The notes under the pieces: model-generated | What the model was told of the DNA's origin: nothing | Database searches by the model: none | What the model saw: the letters and a program-made list of their open reading frames with translations, nothing else | NCBI GenBank assembly: GCA_019828565.1 | Contig: JAHDYR010000022.1 | Location: 124,001-188,000 of the forward strand | Direction: 5' to 3' | DNA from: Carpediemonas membranifera BICM | Lineage: Eukaryota > Protista > Fornicata | Length of the DNA stretch: 64,000 nt | Part shown: positions 11,801-19,307 of the stretch, one piece after another | Layout: each line of letters starts with the position of its first letter | Position numbering within the stretch: position 1 is the stretch's first letter | Position numbers and translations under genes: made by a program

Positions 11801-13444
11801 AAGAGTGGATGCCATCTGGTGTGACGGGTTTTCCTCAAGCTGTTCAAGATTAGTGATCTCAACCAGGCCCCGGGAAACGGTTGGCCCCTTATCGTCGCAG
11901 TGCAGGACGAACTTAGTGCCGGCGAAGCACAGTTCGCGGAGAGTCGTGGTGCAGGAGCCAATGAAGTCCGTCTGGCCGTCGTTGTCCTCGTCATTGCACT
12001 CGAATGTGATCGTCGAGTCGTATGAGTCGCACGACTCAAGGGCCAAAATGATTCCTTCAAAAGTAGGGTTGAGATTCTTCTTCTGGACCTCCGTCTTGTA
12101 GATAGGGACGTTCGCATCCGTCACGGGAGGCAGCTTGAGTCTCTGGCGGAGTGCCTTGCATGGATCAGATGGTGTGGCGCTCTTGATGACGAAGAAGGGA
12201 TCTGAGCTCTTCCGACCAATGCCACTATCCATAGCAGCCAGCTTAGTGCAGGCTAGGTTGAAGCGGAGGTAGCGGGTGGACGCTTTGATGGGAGAGCACT
12301 CGGCGATGTCGTCCGTTCCACCGGACCATCGGACGGCGACAATGGGAGTAGATGAGGTGGCGGGGGCGTCCGGCAGGGTGAGGGGCTTGAGGAGGTGCTT
12401 GGTCATGACGATGTCGGACATGACCATGGGACTGCTGCCGATTGGTGTGAGCGTACCATTGGTGGCCTCACAAAACACCTCAAACGTCAGAGTCTCGGCG
12501 GGTGAGATGGCTGTGCGACTTAAGGCGAACTGGTCCCACTTGGCGACGTTTCCAGAGACAGAGGAGGACGGGGCTCGCATCATGAGGATGTTGCCCTTGA
12601 GGACCTTGAGGAGGTACTGCTTCTTGGGGTTGCTCGGCACCTGCAGCTCGACGGAGATCTTATCCCCGACAGGGGCTGGGGAGTCGCCAGCAGGCTTGGT
12701 CCGGACACCAGCGACGACGAGGTCGTACTTTGCCTGGCCGGTCATGGCGATGGTCTTTGCCTGACCAAGGACAATGTCAGAGAACTTCACAGAGCCAGAA
12801 GAGTGCACCTTTTGCTCGCCAGTGGCGAAGTTGTCAATGGAGATGACCTTGAGGACGAGCTCAGTGTCGGGTTTGACCGCTGAGGTGAGGACGGCGGGCG
12901 TCCATGCGACATCCTTCTTGCTGATTTCCCATGCAATCTCGGTGGCAAAGATCAGCTTGTCGCCGTCCTTGAGGTTGATCTGGAGCTGGAAATTCTTACC
13001 TGAGCCGAGCTTACCGAAGAGTTTGCCTGAGGTGATGCTGAGAGCGTGGAAGAGAACCTCGGTGCGGCTCGCGTCCAGAGTCGGCGAGTGGTCCCCAATA
13101 GCGGCGATAAGCCGCTTGGTGGTGGCTTCCCACAGCGCGATGACGTTCTCGTCCTGGTGGAACAAGTATTGCGTCCGGGCGGGCGAGACCAGAGCAAGGC
13201 CGATGAGGGAAGCGTTCTTGGGCACAGGATCAGCAGATGTAGCCCTACGGACCTCAGTGACGTCCTTGAGGGCTAAGAAACCCTTCTGATCGGTCATGGG
13301 CTCGTCAGTCTTGTAGTACGAGAACGACAGGGCAGTAAGCACGTGCGCCCGCTCCTTCCAGGACTTACCACTGCTATCTACCTTCAAGAAAGTGTCGACG
13401 AGCACGGGCTGGAACCCTGAGGGCTCCGGTTCGGGCGTAGACAT
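5891..13444 (-). CDS. Giant PH + tandem copine-type C2 domain protein (~2517 aa)
   Basis: N-terminal PH (KSWKERAHVL..LSYYK..KGFLAL..W). About 13 repeats of the copine C2 signature (SDP[FY]..[IV]Y[RK][ST]EV..N.NP.F..C/GG..D.D..D.IG). No vWA domain seen. Confidence 0.88.
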   Translation of the reverse strand: MSTPEPEPSGFQPVLVDTFLKVDSSGKSWKERAHVLTALSFSYYKTDEPMTDQKGFLALKDVTEVRRATSADPVPKNASLIGLALVSPARTQYLFHQDENVIALWEATTKRLIAAIGDHSPTLDASRTEVLFHALSITSGKLFGKLGSGKNFQLQINLKDGDKLIFATEIAWEISKKDVAWTPAVLTSAVKPDTELVLKVISIDNFATGEQKVHSSGSVKFSDIVLGQAKTIAMTGQAKYDLVVAGVRTKPAGDSPAPVGDKISVELQVPSNPKKQYLLKVLKGNILMMRAPSSSVSGNVAKWDQFALSRTAISPAETLTFEVFCEATNGTLTPIGSSPMVMSDIVMTKHLLKPLTLPDAPATSSTPIVAVRWSGGTDDIAECSPIKASTRYLRFNLACTKLAAMDSGIGRKSSDPFFVIKSATPSDPCKALRQRLKLPPVTDANVPIYKTEVQKKNLNPTFEGIILALESCDSYDSTITFECNDEDNDGQTDFIGSCTTTLRELCFAGTKFVLHCDDKGPTVSRGLVEITNLEQLEENPSHQMASTLDFRFEKLASSITDKTDPYLEIIARPILPPSHTVTLPMDQQGIVEPPCPMPLVPPAPWGPFERHAEEVTIYRSAVQMNNRDPKYESIRLDAVACGGPDALIKVQIMDWDKYGDNDLVAETVTTYRVLTQCCVDDVQRTFLYRLDKSQKHRGRMYIGNVRPDVEAEPIIDTPLSATLKIEGLKLQNMDKNILKKSSKSDPYFTLARKIEPDIEIYRSEVKMDDLNPEWDQFSIPLHRVNFCSDYKAAMKARKAKTAEIGGRTDANALTWLRQNMPRLPDLCSTGLDDLLVITVNDYEIGGVPELIGSAEITLRQMMSPDAPHEAALHREGKLKSSGTVVVSSVLTSVEPLLDPLVLEFDAAAAKLKSERLDIADPFLEVRNSAGQLVYRSNVVMNSTAPQFDRSSISLAPQGIVYARATFSEQLTWRVRDYEKNGDHDDIGMFTASLRNICSGYKAYPLLEPSGEAAHGSGLSVKKLVRRNNGVVTFSNVTHEPASISAFVKSLGKGKDVSTAVVTLSAKNLLKMNGIGPAATSSNPFFIVYAEPSLPALHKGAKKDKSPLYVPIYQSEILEDTFNPEWKPFSLTPTMCGSIDNALIIEVFHGTSQAYKPIGGTVTSLYELAVSHARMPLIFKSPDKSERKSIWGAVRKSAFRNAGELFGHVEIGGPFVDHRPPVAPGYALTFSMKDVPRIEATKVDLFIRVSAFAQPSKYEDAAIAQMKARLGKNVMATHYPRRPVCLYTSEVRMNDDNPTFSPATLMTEKCGGADAPLLIEVFDYDADGSHDRLGYASTTLSHLIDDCPRLSLVIVDKKVRKRRATLCLNIDKVDVIEEDPGDAAIEFTLETVKRFKNKDKFSKSDPVLTVMALPSDETPFIDDKKLAAIRESAIDPTSYADFHKRAKAVAENFAVNFGPELIEKCEVPIYRSAVFKNNLSPTFENILLRYTSTGGPDEPIVLVVQDYDKSGVMDLIGMAVVTPRTLLTPGFLIPMVDPNGSNMVRKYNNSGVLKVTTARTIAPADLAPDMPGAQLTLSVAKVPKVEGLSKSDPYLVFKTRPVEIPLELVLNPLPAEEREAVAGIGRTGTECRILETEVHRGKKSCTFDPVTVFSPECGGIDQLIRLELYDFERDGSDTLIGSINTTLRMLITPEFRQAITPAGKSLGPLQALKGSGIVTVDAVAPLNTMPEHIYSPPGAITFTVNAKGLDKKDTVSRSSDPFLDIYCTPYGCKGERRLVYRSEVHNRDLNPTFDDVTLTLRDMGGIYSDLEIEISDSDKDGSSDLIGVCSIPVKVIMNRGKAGYDTVLINDEKKTNPVYHNSGKLNVAVKRMMSIDEAADVEPPLAAMVSFSVTKLTRMDMSTGADPVLQIISEDDEILYQSEVHRRTLNADFTPIYLDVARCGGMYAPLTVRISDWEKSGALSKISEITAFSFRLMNLRTMVRFPWAMPLEKGRVGRNAGTLTMTSCDRADPRTLPVAYKLQLEGKNIPRMDGALRKSDPYLVVKGRMYKNAPEHIIYRTETIKQSLTPVFAPFQIDSASVGSLTSTFTIELWDYDSISADSLIGKAHVTLQQLTVPEAMVVLQNDGGAGLLRKNRGILSVISATEVLPEYADMTAGEVVVGSALTHPTTVKVTLEFGKMDRKDALSKNDPFLTVTGPLLSNPVTFSQKGETRSHAALLPMGTAKAFKQRSVYGPYTSEVSATHAMLPTGVHAAEPSPAMAVALANAGVVLRTEVKMNQSTPTFEVTLIPELVGGIDSLLTLELWDWDSDADHSLVGKTEVSIRELLCPNVPRLRFARVSKGLHVRSYAAEAKVVGRAESRGKVDNLFNNAGVEPVKMLVPKEAPAAPKHLTLTLAAVDLLSGDAMSAADALVKITRTSDGSEVFSTESIKDNSAPVWAPFTLDLTKLAGWHECLDFNVMDSDRVSSNDAIGFVSGITLAEIAWGCKHQFVIKKAGFHATLRRNAGKLIFKDAQLLG

Positions 13445-13730
13445 TTTGGGGTGAATTCGGGTGCAGTTTTGGAATGATCTCGCGATCTGGAGCTGTAAGG
13501 TAATGATCAGGGGGGAGTTTTCCCTAAATGCTGCCAAGATTAGCGTCAGTGCATTCATATACCGGCATGACTGATGCACTCACCTCCGAACTGTCTTCGT
13601 CGGCAGAGATACTCTGGTTTCAGTTGTACATATTACATAATATCATCAGCAAAATATTATCTGCCGTAACCACCGTCGCAGCCCTCTATCCACTGATTTA
13701 CATCTATTCTAGTATATACATAATTGCCCC

Positions 13731-14924
13731 TCAGTCAACAAAGTCATATGCCATCTGATCATCGTCCATGTAGCTATCACTGGCACTCAGAGGCTCACCC
13801 GTATCCCGGGCTGGCGATGCCAGCAGCAGCGTCTGCTCGGCTCCCGGTGTGAACCTTGCTCTGTCGGCCATGGTGAAGGCGGCCTCATCCCGGTAGAGCC
13901 CGATGGCGATGGCGAGCAGGACCACAGGGATGATCTCGGCGGACATGAGATAGAACACCATGCTCATGTTGCACCCAATTGTGGAGTACAGCACGCTCAG
14001 CACCCATAGCTCAGCACTAGTTGACCCCACGGCCCTGATGAGGACAGCAGCACCACTGACGGCCGTCATAAACTGTAGGATCACGATACGGTAGACTGTG
14101 CGGGTGTATTGGGTGGGGGTGTCAGGATTTGATTGACTCTGTATCGTATGGGCACGGATAACTGAGGCCAGGACAATCCAGAGATATGAAAATGACACCA
14201 TCAAGAATACGAACACGAGACCGTGACTGAGGGCCTCAAGGACGTTGCTATAGGACAGCATCGCCCCAACGCCCAGAACGAGGCCGACAAGGAGACCACC
14301 GAGACAAATGACAGCGCTCAGTACCGCGATGGCGCTGACAGTAGAGAGGGCGATGACTCTCGCCCAGACCTCAGCGTTGCCCCTGCCCTGCTGGATGGAT
14401 GGCGTGATGACTGACTGAGCCCTTGGCATGCCGCGGAGGGGTGGGCCAGCAGCGAGGAGGGCCCACGCGCCGACGGAGATGAAGAGGAGCATCGTGACCC
14501 ACGGAGGGATGCTATTGAACAGCTGGGCAATGAGTTCTGCGGACTGTTTGCTGCTGGTTGCCCTGTACTGGAGCTGGATGGTGACTATGAGTCCAGCTAC
14601 TCGGGGAAGGGAGGCGAGCATTGCAAAGATGGCAAGGATCAGGCGGAAGTCATCGCGCTTGATCAGTTTGGACATCCAGGAAGTGGCGCGGAGAGTTCTC
14701 AAGTGCTGAACGCGCGTGGTGAGATCAACGACCACGAAAACAGAGGCTACGAGCGCAACAAGACCGGAGATGAACAGCAATGCGATAAGCAATAGAGAAG
14801 TGAATGAATTTGCGGTGTCATCAACGCATAGATACGCGTTGCGTTCAATCATCTCGAATGGGAAGGGCAGGATAGCCGAGGCAGGAGGTGGCAGGGGAGA
14901 CGGGAGAGCATAGTAGTGCGTCAT
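13731..14924 (-). CDS. Seven-TM membrane protein (GPR137/TOM1-like)
   Basis: About 7 hydrophobic segments; the last helix YLMSAEIIPVVLL resembles the TOM1/GPR137 E-I/L-L/I-P motif. Confidence 0.6.
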   Translation of the reverse strand: MTHYYALPSPLPPPASAILPFPFEMIERNAYLCVDDTANSFTSLLLIALLFISGLVALVASVFVVVDLTTRVQHLRTLRATSWMSKLIKRDDFRLILAIFAMLASLPRVAGLIVTIQLQYRATSSKQSAELIAQLFNSIPPWVTMLLFISVGAWALLAAGPPLRGMPRAQSVITPSIQQGRGNAEVWARVIALSTVSAIAVLSAVICLGGLLVGLVLGVGAMLSYSNVLEALSHGLVFVFLMVSFSYLWIVLASVIRAHTIQSQSNPDTPTQYTRTVYRIVILQFMTAVSGAAVLIRAVGSTSAELWVLSVLYSTIGCNMSMVFYLMSAEIIPVVLLAIAIGLYRDEAAFTMADRARFTPGAEQTLLLASPARDTGEPLSASDSYMDDDQMAYDFVD

Positions 14925-15063
14925 ATCGTGTAGTAGACAGGGAGATGGGTGGCGTGGTTGTCTGGCGGTGTTGACGTGAGTGCTCAGTCCCGGTCTTCAA
15001 TCATCCGAGCTCAACAGGTCTATTTACCATCTAATACATACGGTGCATGTACATGAACTACAG

Positions 15064-15606
15064 CTACAGGCTCGGTCTGGCCCTCCCAGGACCCCGAAGC
15101 ATCACATCAAGCGCACCAGTCAAAAACAGATCAATCACTGTCTGCGGCAACACGCTACACTGCACCGACCTGCTCTCGAGCGTCTTGCCCGACTCCTCAT
15201 GAGTCTGTGCGAGTCTAACGGTCCCATCGAGGACGTCTTTGGGGTCAAAATTGACTACCACGGTCGGGTCGGTTTCCTTGGCGCCCCTGGTGCGGGTGTT
15301 CTGGTACCAGGAGCGGACGTTGGCTGGCGTGAGGTCGAGGAATGCAGCGATGTTCATATACTGTGTGCTTGAGGGATACGCCTGATACTTGAAGCACTCG
15401 GTGAGGACTTTGTACTGGAGCGGCGTAAAAACCCTATTGCTACGCGGAGATACCGATCCAGAGGACTTCTTCGAACTTCTCGCATGCTTCTTGGTCGTCA
15501 ATCGCTTCGGTGACGTCGTTGAACGAGGAATGCGGTCCGCATGATCTATCATGCTTGATGCGAACGCTTCAAGCAGCTCCGAATGCCCGCTCTCGTGAAT
15601 GAACAT
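15064..15606 (-). CDS. Homeodomain protein
   Basis: RSNRVFTPLQYKVLTECFKYQAYPSSTQYMNIAAFLDLTPANVRSWYQNTRTR follows homeodomain consensus (F8, L16, F20, YP, W48, Q50, N51, R53). Confidence 0.85.
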   Translation of the reverse strand: MFIHESGHSELLEAFASSMIDHADRIPRSTTSPKRLTTKKHARSSKKSSGSVSPRSNRVFTPLQYKVLTECFKYQAYPSSTQYMNIAAFLDLTPANVRSWYQNTRTRGAKETDPTVVVNFDPKDVLDGTVRLAQTHEESGKTLESRSVQCSVLPQTVIDLFLTGALDVMLRGPGRARPSL

Positions 15607-15906
15607 CACGTCTGTAAAGATCCATTGAGGAGGATCGTATCTATGTCCTGATTCGCCGGAATCGTTGACGAAATTTAAGCCCGTATCAGCTCTAAAATTC
15701 TGGATATGGGTTGAAAGGCGTCTATATTATTAGAAGAGTCTGTCTGCCAGGTTTCTTCAATTTGAGGTCGGATTCGCCTAAAAACAATCTTTGACCACCG
15801 ATTAGATATGAAACGCTCAAAAATCGAAAATCGAAGTGAGTTCAGAATGACTCTAGAACCACTTCAGTAGCCTCTCGACACCCATTTACTTTTACGTAAA
15901 TGATCA

Positions 15907-16761
15907 CTACGAAGACATAGTATACACATAACCCCGACCCAAATCCACGAAATTCCGCCGCATCATCTGCCGCCCGCCCTCTCTCGTCGCGTTAATGAGA
16001 CTTGCGGCCTGCTCCTCGGAGAAGCCATTTGACAACAACACTGGAATGATCTTATAATCCGTCACGCCTCGCATGATGTTCTCATAAATCCATTCGAGCC
16101 ACTCATCGGGCACACGGTTGCAGCAGTAGTTATAGAACACAGAAAACGACACCTTGCCGGTGCCCGCTGAATCAAGCGCCATGATCTCCCGGATACGGGA
16201 TGAGATGTCATGGTCGGTCGCCCCTTCCTTCTGCAGGGCACGTTTGATGCCGTCCGCAGTGAGGCTGCCTCTAATTACGATTGACGCATCAAGACGCTTA
16301 AACTCGCTGATGATGTATAAATCGTGCATCGTTCGCTGGCACCGCATCGCTCTAAACTCATCAAAGTCGATGAACCCGTCCTCGTTGGTGTCGACGGCCT
16401 TGATCATCGCCTTGAGCTCGGTCAGTCGAGGAAATAGTCTGAGTCCGTTGACTACGGCCTTCAGCTCTTGCGGGCCGAAGAAGCCCTTGTTGTACACGTC
16501 AAACTTCTCAAACAGCATGTATGAGGCACTCTCACTCTCGATCTTGTGCACAGGGGCCTTCGAAACTTGCGGAGAGTGGGTCGAAGTTGCAATCTGAAGC
16601 TCTTCAACGCGGAGAATGTCGGGGGAAACGAGTTTCTCGGCGTCTGCTATAGGTGTGACTGTCGTATTCTTCACAATTTCCTCAGTTTCTGCTGTTCCAG
16701 CAGCAGAAATATCGGTCTCACCATCAGAATGGTCCCGGCGCTCAGATTCATCGTCGCTCAT
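15907..16761 (-). CDS. EF-hand calcium-binding protein
   Basis: DVYNKGFFGPQE, DTNEDGFIDFDE and DSAGTGKVSFSV loops. Confidence 0.85.
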   Translation of the reverse strand: MSDDESERRDHSDGETDISAAGTAETEEIVKNTTVTPIADAEKLVSPDILRVEELQIATSTHSPQVSKAPVHKIESESASYMLFEKFDVYNKGFFGPQELKAVVNGLRLFPRLTELKAMIKAVDTNEDGFIDFDEFRAMRCQRTMHDLYIISEFKRLDASIVIRGSLTADGIKRALQKEGATDHDISSRIREIMALDSAGTGKVSFSVFYNYCCNRVPDEWLEWIYENIMRGVTDYKIIPVLLSNGFSEEQAASLINATREGGRQMMRRNFVDLGRGYVYTMSS

Positions 16762-16765
16762 TATT

Positions 16766-16875
16766 TGTGCTGCGCAGGATTAGAATTGTTGAGTCCAAAA
16801 CACACAGTGATCCAAGCAGCATCAGGATCGCAGTGTGGTTCATCATACTCTATCAATCGTGCGCTGCATATCACG
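16766..16875. repeat. 110-bp exact direct repeat, copy 1 (copy 2 at 18189-18298)
   Basis: TGTGCTGCGCAGG...GCTGCATATCACG is identical at an offset of 1423; it contains an internal hairpin CACACAGTGATCC/GGATCGCAGTGTG. Confidence 0.97.
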
Positions 16876-17821
16876 CGCGCTGCAGCGCGTGTTTGCTCAA
16901 CTTAGCGCCATCAACCTGCTCGTCGGTCAAGTTGCTCTTCGCTGACCAATCCCGATAGACACGGAGGCGCCTCTTCATCGCTGGGGTGAGCGACATATAA
17001 CCGTACTCGATGGTCATGAACCCAGGCTTGACCGGTGCCATCGGCACGAACGGAACGAGCTTCAGCTCTGGCAGGGCCTGACTGAGCTCGAGGTTCACGG
17101 CACGAGTGAGTGTGACCAGCTTGGTCACTGCAGCACTCATGCGCGTGACGCACGACAGCACGCCGACGAGGGCCTCGGCCACGGTACCAGTGCGACCCAC
17201 CCGTTGCCCCTCGGGCAATGCATGTATTTGAGGATGATACCTGCCATGATCGGCGGCTATGGCGGCAACCTCAGTGTCGAGCTCGCCTAGGGTGTCGAGA
17301 AAATCCTGTCGAACACCCGGCTGATCATGGAGGAGCGGGCGCACCCGTTCTATTCCAGCACGAAGACGGGTCAGGTACCCGGGTGACGCGCGCGAGAGCC
17401 AGACCCGGGTGGCTGTGGAGTACTCACCCAACCAGCTCTGAAATGGAAATGCAATTCCAACGTAGGCTTCCCTGAAGTCCCGGACGAGTGGGGTTATGTC
17501 AGGGTCCCTCCACATCGCCAGGTCGCCAATCCACCTGCACCGATCCGCTGCCTTTGCCTTCGACACCTTTTGCTGAGCAATGCTGACGATCTGCTTGAGG
17601 ACCTCCTGGTCGAACAGGTTGACCGTCCTCGGTGGGGTCAACGCGTGCGCAGATGCAGAGACGCACGCAAGCAGGCAAGTGAATGTGTACTTAGCCTGCG
17701 TGAAAGAACGCATGCCCGGTTCAAGATTTCCTCGCCGCGGCGCGTTGTTATCGCCTCCACCGTTAATCTCGCCAATGGCCTTGTTAACGGAAGCCTTCAC
17801 CGTGTATATCTTGGAAGGCAT
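16871..17821 (-). CDS. Probable Fanzor1 N-terminal half (WED/REC), lacking RuvC
   Basis: Ordered motifs resembling the Fanzor1 N-terminus: YTVKASVNKAI; NLFDQEVLKQIV; GEYSTATRVWL; KLVPFVPMAPVKPGFMTIE (F..P....I[DE]). The ORF ends before any RuvC DPG/DPN motif, and its stop codon is supplied by the flanking repeat. Recognised by eye only. Confidence 0.55.
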   Translation of the reverse strand: MPSKIYTVKASVNKAIGEINGGGDNNAPRRGNLEPGMRSFTQAKYTFTCLLACVSASAHALTPPRTVNLFDQEVLKQIVSIAQQKVSKAKAADRCRWIGDLAMWRDPDITPLVRDFREAYVGIAFPFQSWLGEYSTATRVWLSRASPGYLTRLRAGIERVRPLLHDQPGVRQDFLDTLGELDTEVAAIAADHGRYHPQIHALPEGQRVGRTGTVAEALVGVLSCVTRMSAAVTKLVTLTRAVNLELSQALPELKLVPFVPMAPVKPGFMTIEYGYMSLTPAMKRRLRVYRDWSAKSNLTDEQVDGAKLSKHALQRA

Positions 17822-18190
17822 CGGAGTCTATTGAGCTGCCTGCATCGATCATTTCTTTTCAGGGTTCATCAGCTAGCAGCATCCCTCAAAACACAAGAAA
17901 CCAGCATCATACAACACAAAGCGTCTTTACTACCAGCTACAACCGCTTTCCACCACTAGTGTCTCTCACAACAGACGAAGATGACGAAGACGACGACGAC
18001 ATGAGCTTCAGACGCCGGCAATGGCCGACAGATGAGCGCGTAACAGACGAGCACAGACGCGAAAGAAGACAGCAGCGTTCGACACAGACGATGGACGACA
18101 GACGACGCATCTTTTCGTGCAGACCGACGACTGAAAGCACGAAAGCCCGATGGTACAGACGAGGGCTGAAGTGGGTGAGTGGAGGTAGTG
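16876..18190 (-). mobile_element. 3'-truncated DNA-transposon insert with CACTA-like end and subterminal CAGACG repeats
   Basis: Minus strand starts CACTACCTCC at 18190. Seven co-oriented CAGACG copies lie in 17972-18161, with two subterminal hairpins. The insert is bounded by the 110-bp duplication. Confidence 0.55.
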
Positions 18191-18298
18191 TGCTGCGCAG
18201 GATTAGAATTGTTGAGTCCAAAACACACAGTGATCCAAGCAGCATCAGGATCGCAGTGTGGTTCATCATACTCTATCAATCGTGCGCTGCATATCACG
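18189..18298. repeat. 110-bp exact direct repeat, copy 2
   Basis: Identical to 16766-16875. Confidence 0.97.
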
Positions 18299-18405
18299 GT
18301 CGGTAACACCATGCCGGTGGACAAGGAAGTCAAGTTCAAGGAGGAACAGTACAAGCACTATCGCGTCAAACCAACTGTGATCAATCCGCGGCCGGTTCGC
18401 TGTCA

Positions 18406-19263
18406 ATGAAGCTTGCGAGTCACCGCTTGGCCCTGTCAGGCGAGGGTGGTCTGGTCACAATTCTCCGGATTATGGATGTCACCTCCAAGGAGGCCAGGCA
18501 GGCGTTGATGGCTTCATATCGTGATAGAATCGGGATGAATCTTCATCAATCTGACGATCCCGACGCGATACCCATGGATATCAGAAACACGCCACCAGTG
18601 CGAGATCTGGTGCTATCTCCCGACCAGATCCAAATATTGTGTGATTCCCTCCTGGATGCCAGGACCACCCTCCCATGCGCCGCCGCACATCTGATACTAC
18701 AAATATTCATATCTGGTCCAGATTCTGTGGTTGATATGATCTCACCCGAGGCCGCTCTTGACCTGGTTTGGTCTTTGAGGGCTTTCCCCGCGGCCATGGG
18801 CAGGATGCTGGATTTGATTAGCTCGGGCTTGCCAGAAGATGTGCTCAGTGCAGACTCGAGATATGCAGAGAGTCAAAAGTTCTTGGATCAGATCAGAGCG
18901 GTCGATCTTACTGATGGGATACAGCTCCACGATCTTGAATGTATCATTGAATCGAGCGAGATCCTGACCGAATCGCACATGACGCTCAAACAGCTTGGAC
19001 TTGCTTCTGCCGAGGTTGCCATGGCGCTTTCCAAGTCTGGGTTTGCCTCATTCGGCATCCCGGACACAGTCCTGGCCTCTATTGCCGAGAAACCATTCGA
19101 ACAGCGTCTTGAATTCATCAAAAATCAAATGATTACCCTCTCCTCGCATCTCAACGTTGCGTACAAGAGCGCTGTCCGCGCCTGTGGTGTCTTTGACGTC
19201 AGCGGGCTCGACGTACTTGGCCTTCTGGCCCAGGAACGTGTCCTGAAAGACGCGGTCGAGTAA
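18406..19263 (+). CDS. Hypothetical protein (285 aa; true start may be near 18311)
   Basis: Long ORF; no motif recognised. Confidence 0.6.
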   Translation: MKLASHRLALSGEGGLVTILRIMDVTSKEARQALMASYRDRIGMNLHQSDDPDAIPMDIRNTPPVRDLVLSPDQIQILCDSLLDARTTLPCAAAHLILQIFISGPDSVVDMISPEAALDLVWSLRAFPAAMGRMLDLISSGLPEDVLSADSRYAESQKFLDQIRAVDLTDGIQLHDLECIIESSEILTESHMTLKQLGLASAEVAMALSKSGFASFGIPDTVLASIAEKPFEQRLEFIKNQMITLSSHLNVAYKSAVRACGVFDVSGLDVLGLLAQERVLKDAVE

Positions 19264-19307
19264 TCAATTGATTAGCAAATGTGCATTTATCAAGACCATA
19301 AACATCG

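Noticed and set aside
18113-18170. Hammerhead ribozyme in the paired hairpins
   Set aside because: The core CTGANGA is absent (CTGAAAG).
16766-18298. 110-bp repeats as LTRs of a TRIM-like element (TG..CA ends; GGAGGTAG|TGT junction identical to the chromovirus PPT/LTR junction)
   Set aside because: No target-site duplication (TTATT vs CGGTC), identity extends past the CA, the PPT is interrupted by Ts, and the repeat makes up the whole host intergenic region. Not fully excluded.
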